Shown piece after piece: positions 53,975-64,000 of a stretch of DNA of 64,000 nt. The position numbers and the translations under genes were made by a program. Source of the DNA: Utricularia gibba. Lineage: Eukaryota; Plantae; Magnoliophyta. Position 1 is the stretch's first letter, and each line of letters opens with the position of its first letter. The DNA lies in contig NEEC01000019.1 of assembly GCA_002189035.1 (NCBI GenBank), forward strand, positions 1,178,001 through 1,242,000. Reading direction: 5' to 3'. Under the pieces are notes generated by a model. The model saw only the letters and a program-made list of their open reading frames with translations. It made no database searches and had not been told where the DNA came from.

Positions 53975-55338
53975 CTATCTATCCTTGAGCGGCCGCTGAA
54001 AACCCAAGAACAAGATTCTCAGCAAAAACATAAGTATAAGAATGAATGCTGCTGCTGGTCAAGAGATCTCATGGATTGAAGCTCTGTATCTCAGAAGAGT
54101 AAAAGAACCGAAAGACTTACCCTTGGTCCGCGGTTGGCCGCTGCTGCCTGGGGCTGTCTGCTGGGAATGCCATCTGATTCTTGTATCATCTCAGAGCTAC
54201 TGAGCTTGTTGAACGTCTCTAGAGCTCTTGTAACAAATGGCCGGACGATGTTTGCCTCCATTGCGGACAAGTTTTTAAGCTGAAATTGTTAAGTGCCTCT
54301 CATGTGGTAATGCAGAACAGCAACAGCACCAGTTTTCATGTAATATGAAATGGGAGAATAGCGAAGAACCGACACCAGGAATTCTCAATTTCAGATCATG
54401 GCTTGGAATGAAAATCACAATGTCCTTCTTCCCTTGAGGGAGATGGAGTTGGAGCATTACCTTAAGAGCGTATGTACGATCCCTGGAGATGATCTCCAAC
54501 CCTGTGCCAATTTTGTGAAACCGTACGTCCTTGATGTCCTCAATAAGGGACTTTACCTATGGGGGCAGTTGTTTTAGCTCACATAAGCAAAAGGGCTCAT
54601 GGTGGGGTGAAGGGAATAAGCCGGCCAACGTACCATATATGTATCAGGAATGTCTTCCCCGGCGCTACATTGAAGAGAGCAGCCCCTTTACTACATCACA
54701 GAGTGGGAAAAAAAGAAATGTGTATTTACTTACTTATCAAATAGAAGGCGGGATACTTCTATGTAGTGAAATGGCAAAGACTGAAACTTTTCGGAGTTTC
54801 GTTCATCTTCCAGAACTTGTGTTAATTTAGCTGGAGAAAAGGGTAATCAAAATCATGGACTTTGGGTAGGTGAGAAGTTTAAAATGTTGAGATCAAGAAA
54901 TATAAACCTCAGTCAAGGCATTACTTTGAAAATCTTACCAACAGACATCCACTCAGGAGCTCTGATGGTGCATTTCCCTCTTTTCTTCAAGGCAACAGCC
55001 AACCAAAGCGGAACCTGAGCAGGCATCTGTGGCCTGAATGGACCAAAGTCCCCTACACATAGAATAGATAGTGGAAAATGCTTAAGAAGTCGGGGTGCAG
55101 GATAGTTTAAGCAGTAAAAGATACACCATGGGAATATCCGTACAGAGGTAAAGTTAAGGGCATCCATTCTCATATTAGGCACAATCTCAATCATTTCATC
55201 CTCAGCTACAAACTCAAGCTGCAAAATGGTTGCGTTTATGGTCAGTTTAACAGCTACAATAAGATTTCTCTGGAAATTCAAAAGGCATACCTCCGCCCCA
55301 GAAAACCCGCCTCCCTGGAGCTTAGATATGCCCTCCAT
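53975..55338 (-). CDS. PSF2: GINS complex subunit PSF2 (GINS2); 8 exons (55338-55291, 55218-55144, about 55052-54939, 54830-54734, 54664-54634, 54556-54461, 54279-54121, 53995-53975); phase conflict at intron 2
   Basis: [23 protein letters not shown]...[65 protein letters not shown]. Confidence 0.93.
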
Positions 55339-57597
55339 TTCCAATTTATCCCCTTCTCTAACAACGCTGTTCACCAGAGGATTGGATATCAGCGATACTT
55401 CTACAAGCAGAACAGCTAGATGTCTTATAAATCATTTCAGAGAAACTTAAAGCTAAGTAGCATTGCAGAGTTGACTACTGAGAACTTTCTCCAGTTTCCT
55501 CATAAGAAACTGGCTGTCATTTACATATCTCATCAATCAAATTACACAGCAGCCTCACACACGTTAAAGCTACGTCACTGGGTTGCCTATGCCGCAGAAT
55601 TCCTAACTTTATTTCCATTTTGGTTCAAACAAGTACACGCGCCAGAACAGGACTACAATTAAACCACTGCGATCGTCCCCGGAGTCTCATGTATTAGCAA
55701 AGGAACATCAACAGAATCAAAATCTTCTCGCATATTTAAAACAAGCATAGAATCTCTTGTAAAAAGCAGTCCTACCGGGCTAACGGCGGCGGCACGACAG
55801 TGGCTGCGGAGTCCCCTGGGCTGCCGATCGGAGGAACAAAAACGAAGCGATGAGGATTTGGGCTTTACCACTAAATAGGCCGAATTTACTACAGCTCAAG
55901 ACCCACACAGCCCATCCAGGAGCCGCTCATTTTCGGAAGTGGTAGGAGAGAAATCCTTGAATTCGGCAAGCAAGTCTCCACTTTCAGAGCGAAATAGCAC
56001 TTCCCCCCTAGAGTTTTCTGAACTCTCTGGGATAGATCGACGACCGTTATGGAGACAATACAAGCAATGGAGAAACCGATTTACACTTCCTTGACCAAGG
56101 TAAGTAAAGACGCCTCCAGAACTCCCACGGATTCTGTAAAAAGTTTGCCTTGATACCCATTTCCATTCAGAAGAAGAGGAGAATGCAGCCCGTCAGCAGG
56201 GAAAGCAGTCTTCTTGTTTATACGCCACGCTTACATAGGACCATATCATTAGGACATGGATTCGTTGGACGTAGTCCCATTCCATTACAAATTGTATAAG
56301 AAACACGTGCCGATTTTTCAAATACTTGTGAAACAGTGATGTAAAGCATCCGTACTGCTCCCTTAGTTCCAGAAAAACGGTGAAATGGCGTACGAGTATA
56401 TGATCCTCCGACACAGTGGCTATGCGAAATCAACAAAGTAAACACATTACGGCAAATCTCGATTTTGAAATTCTTGTTTCTGTCGCCGTTTTGTTTAAAT
56501 ACGGTCACGTATTTCGGTGAAAGAGCCGTTTTTTGCGTCTTGTTTTACTCTGAACCCATGTTGTCTGTTTCATCATCATGGGTTTGTCTTCATGTGGAGT
56601 ATCATTATTCCCCTTCACCCACTTCTTTGAAAAACCCACAAGAGCATCAACAGGGCTCACTCACACTCCTTCCCAAGAGCAATGGCTGGTTCCTCATTTT
56701 CTTCTCCACAATGTTTCAACTTCAGGTGCTTCTTTTAGCAAAAGATGGAGTTTTTGGTAAGCATTTTCTGTTTCTTCAGTGGTTGTTGCTCTATTCAAGT
56801 GTAACCTAAAAACTTCGCCATTTTCGTTTTTCAAAATGGGGATGGGTGGTGCATTTTCTGCTGTGGCTTCTTGTCTCTTTGCACACTCATCTGGTAAAAA
56901 GCAGTGTTTCTAAATGGATTGTTGTTTCACATCTGTGAAAAGCAACTTTTTTGAAAAGAACTGCATATCCCTCCTTCTCCAGCGCTTTCACCGTCCTTTT
57001 TTTTTTATTTCTGTTGAAAGATTCTGCTTCTTCAAAGACTGTAGAATTATGGGAGCTTTAATTTTGAAAAAGGGGGAATCTTGCTTGTCCGGCAACCTCC
57101 AAACACTCACCTAGAATTGCTTCTGGGATTCCTAGCATTATTGGCTTCCCTCTGCAGAGAATATCTTTTAAGTAAGCCATTAATTCCGGGGAGAATCCCT
57201 AGTTTGTAGGGGACTTTCTCTGTAAGTTCACGGCGGTTCTGAAGGTTTTTAGTTTACCGTCGAGCACCTCGTGACTGCATTTATTGTGAGTGGTCTTTTT
57301 TTTTTCAAAAAAACGTTCATAGCTGTTTTTCTCATATGGGGGGCGTGAGCAAATTTATATCTCTTCGTTATCTGTGTGTGACCACATACAACTGATGAAA
57401 GTGATTGTCTTTAATAATCCTTCAGATGTTTGTTGTGCATTAAACTGCATTGGATTCCGATGTTTTATTTCTATTTGCTTCCCTTTTGCTCTTCTGTCCT
57501 TGAGCTCTCTGGTGTTGCAGGAGTGAAAGCTTCCCTCTAAGCAGCTCCTGCTGAAGTACCCAAGAACCAGTTTTTACTATTCTGACAGTAGGGAGGT

Positions 57598-59653
57598 ATG
57601 CAGACTCCTAAATCAAGGTAATTTCCTAGCTTCTGGAGAATGTTTTAGCACATGCATCACTAGTTTTATCAGGTTTACTTGGTCCAGCTTCTGTGATTTC
57701 TGAAGCCTGCTCTCTGTGGCTATCGGGATTGTAAAATTCAGCACTTCTAGCTCAGTTTTCATTGTGTGTTTATTGGTTTCCAGAGCTAGTTCCGGTAGCA
57801 ATGCACCCCAGAGAACCTCCCCTCGCACTGCAACTTCGGAGGCATCCCGCAAGAACTCTCCACGATCCGCTACTTCAGATGCATCGGAAAAGGTTTCTCC
57901 GAGGGTGGTGCGTCAGCTGAAAGCAACCCCAATTTCTTCAGAGCCTACTGATTCTTCTTCCAACCCTGCGGCAAGGGCATCCAAGGGAAGTTCTAAACTG
58001 GCCCCTGAGGTATTACAGTACGTCCCCAGCTTACCGGAATATGCTCTTTTCTAAAGAAAAACTTGGTGTAAATTTCAGAAAAAGAGCCATGCGAAAGTTG
58101 GTGAACTAGAATCTCAGATTTCCGTGCTCAAGAGTGATCTGCAACTTGTGAAAGATCAGTTATCTGCTACTGAAGAACTGAAGAAACAAGCTCAGCTAGA
58201 AGCTGAAGAATCTAACCAAAAGTTGATAGCCCTGTCCTTGAAGCTGATTGAATCCCAAAGACATCTTCTTCAGCAGTCGACTGCATCAGCAGAAATGAAT
58301 GAGAATTTGGAGAAAAGTGTTGATGGAGTTGTGTCTGAACTTAAAGATGATGTGCAAGTGAAGAGTACTCAGGAGTCATGTGCAGTGGCCTCTGCATTAG
58401 ATGAGGTCAAAAAACTCAAATCACAGCTTGAACTCGAAGCTGAATCAAAAGCCAGAAAATTGGAGAGCACTGAGGATGTGGAAACTGAGATACAGGAAGT
58501 GAAACAGAAGTTGTCCGAGACGCTTTCGCTTGTTGAAGACATGAAAAACCAGCTAAGTGAAGCTAAGGAATCTGAACTTCATGCCCAGGGAGTTGTCGAA
58601 GAGATATCAGAGCAACTAGAAATGGCAAAAGAGAAGGTAGAAAATCTAAAGTTGGAAGGTTTCAAGGCCTCTGAAGCGTATGATAACATTGTTTATGAGC
58701 TCGAGCGTTCGAGGGCTCATGCAGAGTCCCTAGAAGAGCTTGTGAAGAAACTTGAATCTGAAACCGAGTGCATTAATGAGACAGCTGCAAATGAGAAGCT
58801 GGAGATGGAGGCCATTAAAATTGAAGTTGAGCATCTAAGAACTGCCGTTGAAGCTGCTGAAAAAAGATACAACGAGGAACAAGCCCGAAGCTCGGAGCAG
58901 GCTAGAAATGCAGTTGAAATGATAGAAAGGATCAAAGCTGAGTCGAGTCAAAGAGAAACTGAGTTGGAGATCGAGCTGCAAACAACCAGGAAAGAAATCG
59001 ATGAGCTGAAAGCAAATCTTATGGATAAAGAAACAGAGTTACAAGGTATATGTGAAGAGAATGAAGCTCTTTCAGCGAAGCTTGAGAAATCTTTGGTTGG
59101 TCCCAGTGAATTTGAACTTGAGAAAGAGCTTCAATGGTCAAAGGGGGAAGCAGAAAGGCTGAGAGCCCTTTTGGCGGAAAAAGAGGCCCTCTTCAGAAGT
59201 GTATTCGATGAAAATGAAAAGCTGAAGCTGCACATTGAAAAAACAGTCAATGCCAATGAAATTAAAAAGTTCAAGCCTGAAATAGCCGCTGTGAGGACTG
59301 CAGAAGGTGACTTCTCCATGAGGATCAGCCACCTAACTGAGGAAGTCGATAGGGTCAACAAGAAGGCAGCAAGAGCGGCTGAACAGCTAGAGGCTGCTCA
59401 GGCTGCAAAAGCGGAGATGGAAGCTGAACTCAGGCGAGTGAAAGTGCAATCCGACCAGTGGAGGAAGGCAGCAGAGGCTGCTGCAGCGATGATTTCAAGT
59501 GGAAACAATGGCCAAGTGATGGAACGCACAGGATCAATGGGAAGCCACTTTAGCAGCATGGAATCCACTTATGCAGATGATCTGGACGATGATCTGCTGA
59601 AGAAGAAAAACCCAAGCATGCTTACAAGGCTTTGGAGGAAGCCACAAAAATAG
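57598..59653 (+). CDS. ICR: Interactor of constitutive active ROPs (ICR/RIP) coiled-coil scaffold; exons 57598-57617, 57784-58009, 58079-59653; 606 aa
   Basis: MQTPK start, SPRVVRQLK, long coiled coil with [17 protein letters not shown]-terminal [26 protein letters not shown]. Confidence 0.88.
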
Positions 59654-59794
59654 AACTTTTATGTTGCCAAGGCATTCTTCTCCCTTCGTTCTTCAGTAAT
59701 GTAATATGTGATTCTCAGGTTGCTGTCCACACCCTTTTGCTATGAAACCAAGTACATCACAAATTCAATGCCACAGCTAGGAGTAATGAAGAAC

Positions 59795-59814
59795 TGTCTC
59801 ACAAACTTGAGACA
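59795..59814. promoter_or_regulatory. Composite auxin response element TGTCTC-N8-GAGACA
   Basis: TGTCTC ACAAACTT GAGACA read directly. Confidence 0.45.
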
Positions 59815-60399
59815 AGGCGGGGGTCAGCAAAAGGAGCCTTGTCAGAAGGCAAATGCAGAAGGCGGCCCCCATTCTACAAGCTCCAGGTCCCTGGTTTCAA
59901 AGCCAAATTGGTTCAATCTTGAATTCTGAAGTAAAACTTTGTATTTCAAGAGACACATACAATATCTATGATATCGAAAACTATCGATTTTACCCGTTAT
60001 TTCAAAGATGGTGTGTAGCCTGAAGGTAACTCTTCATTACAAAATTGTTTCATGTATATCTTTAGATATGTATTTGAACACTTGCCAAAGAAACACAACA
60101 TTTTGAGGAAATAGGTTTGTCTGAAGCCAATGTGTGTTCATGTTCAATGATGGCTCAAGGCCTAGAGAAATCATTAATGGGCCGGCATATTAGCACCCGA
60201 TAATGGGTCGAAATATTAGCCCATTTCCGCTGAAGCTCAATTTCAGAATCCGTTAGATACGGCGTCGTTTCTCATTGAGCGGACGTTCAGCCATCGGCAT
60301 TGTAGGGCATTCGCCGGCATCGCTGGACACTGAAGTCCTCGTCAGGGCTTCTACTACCACCAGCGCACCGTTTTCCGGTGATTTTGTTGTGATCGGAAA

Positions 60400-61761
60400 A
60401 TGATTAGAGGAAGATTAGTTTCTTTTTTAGCCTCTTCCTTCCGCATTTCTCATCATATGAAACAGAATGCGACAGGCATATCTCAGCAATTTCCCGCTTT
60501 TAAGTTCCCCGAGCTCCATGGGGCGATTTCGAGTAGCAGCCCTGGTCTTATCGGCGTTAGAGCATACAGCAGTCTCCTGGCTTTGAACGATCTGAGGGAT
60601 AATCCAGGGGCTCGTAAGCAGAAGACGAGAAAGGGAAGAGGAATCGGTTCTGGTAAAGGGAAAACAGCGGGCCGGGGGCACAAGGGTCAGAAGGCCCGTG
60701 GCACGATGAAATTCGGGTTTGAAGGTGGGCAAACCCCGTTACGCCGCCGCGTCCCTAAACGGGGGTTTAAGAATCCCTTCAGTCTCACATTTCAGGTAAA
60801 TCCTTTCATTTATTTCCCTTCTTTTGTTCGTAGTTGCCTTAGCTTGGGTTACTGCAATTTGGCAGCGAATCCTGAATGCATTTTGATTGATTGAATTCTG
60901 AACTGACTTCTTGGTTGCCTCCTTAAAGAACGGTTTTGGAATAATTACTTGTTCGTAATGATGTATGTGCATTGAAGTAAAACCCAGATGGGAATTTGAT
61001 CATCCTTCTCTAGGCTTCATGTGAATGAAATGCTACGTTTGAATATGAACTGATGTACAGAACGATGGTTTTACTGCACATGCAGCCAGTTAGCCTTGGG
61101 AAAATTGCAAAGTTTATCAATGCCGGAAAGATTGATTCTTCAGAGTTAATCTCTATGAAGACTCTAAAGGCAAGCATTTTGATCTGCATCTTTATCTCAT
61201 TTCCTCCCTATTTCTCCAAATTTTCTGCTCTCCTCGAGCTTCCCCCTTTTCTATGTCCAAAAGGATTGCGGAGCAATAGGAAAGCAGATAAAAGATGGAG
61301 TTAGGCTAATGGGACGTGGTGCTGATGACATTCAATGGCCTATTCATCTTGAGGTAAGTATACCCAAAGCTCTTACAAATTCACGCAGGCTTCTATACAA
61401 ACAGGATCTTAATATTCTAAGCTGCCTCTCAATTTGAATCTTCACAGCAAAACCTGATTAACGGTTTCCTTATGCATAACTTTGGTTTGTGTTGTTTTTA
61501 ACAAAGGTGTCAAGAGTGACAGTGAGAGCAAAGGCTGCAGTTGAGAATGCAGGTGGATCAGTAAGAAGGGTTTATTACAACAAGCTTGGATTAAGGGCGC
61601 TGCTGAAACCAGAGTGGTTCGAGAAGAAGGGGCGATTGCTTCCTAAGGCGGCAAGGCCTCCGCCTAGGCAGAGCGACAAAGTAGACAGCATCGGCCGGCT
61701 TCCTGCCCCAAGGAAGCCCATTCCTTTTCCTTCTGAGGTAAATGAGCCCCTCCCAGCATGA
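60400..61761 (+). CDS. RPL15: Ribosomal protein uL15, mitochondrial type; exons 60400-60795, 61086-61169, 61264-61353, 61507-61761 (intron 2 is GC-AG); 274 aa
   Basis: [93 protein letters not shown]; basic N-terminal presequence. Confidence 0.93.
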
Positions 61762-62149
61762 GCAAGTTACTCAGTTTCATCTGTTCTTTTTCCTGCTAAC
61801 AAAAAAGTCATCAAAATGTAATGCTTTTTTTTTCTTAATCTCGCTGTCAAACAAACGTCTACTGCCATTTCTTTCCATGTTTTGCAAGATCTAATTGGAG
61901 TAAACCAATAATTTTTTACAGTGAGTTGGACAGTTTATGCATGGTGAGTAGTGAGGGATGGACGTCAGGGTTATTCTTGTAAAAGTGCTGAACTTTTTTT
62001 ATTATTTTTAAAATTTTTATTTATATTTAAATAGTTATTGTATTTCTTTGATATTTATTTATGGAGATTATATAGAAAAAGTAAAAAAAAAATGAATACT
62101 TTTGGAATAACTTTATGAAAGAGGTATCTGTTGCAGTGGGTCCCTGGTG

Positions 62150-62330
62150 CGGACCACGCGCCCTGCCGAATTTGACGCGCCGTGAAAGTAAAATATGGGC
62201 CGTCAGATGTGTCTCCTAGTTCCCGCCACGTGGCGAAATCTAAAGAAAAAATCGGAGAGAGAACCAATGCGTGTCGTGAAGCAATACTTGTGGCCCGCCA
62301 CATCGTGTTACCGTCTCATTGGTCCACGTA
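62150..62330 (+). promoter_or_regulatory. ABA-responsive element cluster in the PP2C promoter
   Basis: Palindromic GCCACGTGGC at 62225-62234 plus CACGCG, GCGTGTC (CE3-like) and CCACGTA. Confidence 0.6.
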
Positions 62331-62589
62331 TTCTACAGGTGTCCTCAATCGACGGCCACGATTTCGCCTCTCGTGTTCCGGCGTCATTACCAGGACTCCC
62401 GGATGCATTTCCTTTTCCATTATAGCAGCGTAGCTCCTCTCCGATATAATGGCGGCCTTCTCTGTTTTCTCTTCCTCTCATACTTTTACGAATCTCTTCT
62501 GGAATTCCGAGGTTTCTCATCCGCTTGTTGTTCCTTGGATTTGGATCTGAGGGTTTGTTTTAGCGTTTTGTTGGTGTTGGAATACGATC

Positions 62590-64000
62590 ATGGCAGGGGT
62601 TTGCTGCGGGGTGAGTATGGGAGAACCGGAGGAGGGATCGGCGGTGGAGGTCATACCCAGTTCTAAAACCTCTCTGAGGAAACGCGTAGAGATGCATCAT
62701 TTTAAATTTCTGCCAATGGATTCCGCAGTGGCGCCGGTGTTGGAAGGCGGTGGGAAAAGGATGAAGCGTGACACTAACGCTGCGGGCGTTTCCGTTGTTT
62801 CTCCTAGAGAGTGTTTGGTCGATTCACCGGACTCCGCGACGGAGAAACCGTCGTTATTGGTTTCTGGGTCAGGGAGTGAAGGTGATTTGTGGCCGGCGAT
62901 TCCGAAGTTTGGAATGATGTCTGTTTGTGGGCGGCGGCGAGATATGGAAGACATGGTTTCTATTCATCCTTCTTTGTTTGGGCAGCGTCAGGGTTGCCCG
63001 TCTGGGTTGCATTTCTTCGGCGTGTACGATGGCCATGGCTGCTCTCACGTTGGTTTTTCATTTTCATTCCTGTTTAAGCTCTAGTTTAATCACCGGGCCT
63101 GGATTTCCTTCCTTGTTTCGGTTTCAGGTTGCGGTGAGATGCCGGGACCGGATGCACGAAATAGTGAAGGCGGAGCACGACAGCAGCCGGACGACGTCAT
63201 GGGAGGAAACGATGGTGAATATTTTCTCAAAGATGGACAAGGAAGTCGATGAGTGGTGCAGTAGCAGCTCAGCCACTTCCAGCTGCCGCTGCGAACTCAA
63301 GACTCCTCAGCGCGACGCCGTCGGATCCACGGCGGTGGTCGCCGTCGTCACTCCCGAAAAAATCATCGTCTCCAACTGCGGCGATTCTCGCGCAGTCCTA
63401 TGTCGTAATGGCGTCGCGATTCCGCTTTCCCTTGATCACAAGGTGGGTTGAACTTTCAGTTTCTACCGTTCACCAGAATCAGATCCCAACATTCCCTCAT
63501 CATCTTCTCATTCCCTGTTTTCTCTCAGCCTGACCGCCCCGACGAACTTAATCGGATAGAAGATGCCGGCGGCCACGTAATTTTCTGGGACGGCCCTCGT
63601 GTCCTGGGCCTCCTCGCCATGTCTCGAGCCATCGGTAACGATAACAACACAGTCCCTTTCCTCATATTCATTTCCCCCATGAAATCACGAAATCATTCCT
63701 AAACCAAACATCTCCAGGCGACAATTACTTGAAGCCGTACGTGATTTCAGAGCCAGAGGTGACGATCCACGATCGTACGGCGGAGGACGAATGCTTGATA
63801 CTCGCGAGCGACGGTCTCTGGGACGTGGTATCCAACGAGACGGCGTGCAGGGTGGCGCGAATGTGCCTCCAGTCCCGGAGTTTGAGCTCCGACAAAAGCT
63901 GCTCCGACGCATCGATTCTTCTGACGAAGCTCGCTCTGGCGCGCCTCACCGCCGATAATGTCAGCGTCGTAGTGGTTGATTTGAGATCGTCGTCGACGCG
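62590..64000 (+). CDS. PP2C: Clade A protein phosphatase 2C (PP2CA/AHG3/HAI-like), 3' truncated by the window; exons 62590-63048, 63128-63442, 63529-63634, 63718->64000
   Basis: MAGVCCGV start, [99 protein letters not shown]. Confidence 0.95.

Noticed and set aside
55060-55140. U12-type (AT-AC or GTATC) intron as the explanation for the PSF2 phase conflict
   Set aside because: The AT...AC option is 67 nt and out of frame; the GTATCTTTT option is in frame but inserts residues and replaces the conserved Gly; neither matches the RTATCCTT consensus well

Overview
Eukaryotic plant (eudicot-like) nuclear DNA with a compact layout: 19 recognisable protein-coding genes in 64 kb (most intron-containing, many introns only 65-110 nt) separated by AT-rich spacers. 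Gene order: MYG1, TIP1 aquaporin, SOSEKI/DUF966, group IIIA XTH, VPS24, small RPA1-C-like OB-fold protein, RAX-type R2R3-MYB, CDC48, two-domain glycosyltransferase-2-like protein, EDR2-like PH-START-DUF1336, miR160-targeted ARF, CASPL5, repeat-expanded single-pass membrane protein, HDS/ispG, conserved ~92-aa unknown protein, GINS PSF2, ICR/RIP, mitochondrial-type uL15, clade-A PP2C (runs off the right end). Mobile DNA: a 347-bp hAT-type MITE with perfect 17-bp TIRs and 8-bp TSD, a 1.35-kb solo LTR with 5-bp TSD, three copies of a Tourist-like MITE, and a possible decayed MULE transposase. I found no CRISPR array, rRNA, tRNA or recognisable miRNA gene, and no clearly new multi-gene system. The most notable observations are at gene-structure level: a dual-frame terminal exon in the SOSEKI gene with duplicated acceptors, an OB-fold protein apparently lacking its zinc ribbon, and two single-base homopolymer frameshifts in essential genes (HDS, PSF2) that probably reflect assembly errors. 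There are also several unexplained spliced-looking islands. Exon boundaries were read by hand from GT-AG signals and reading-frame arithmetic. Family assignments are from motif recognition and memory, not database searches.
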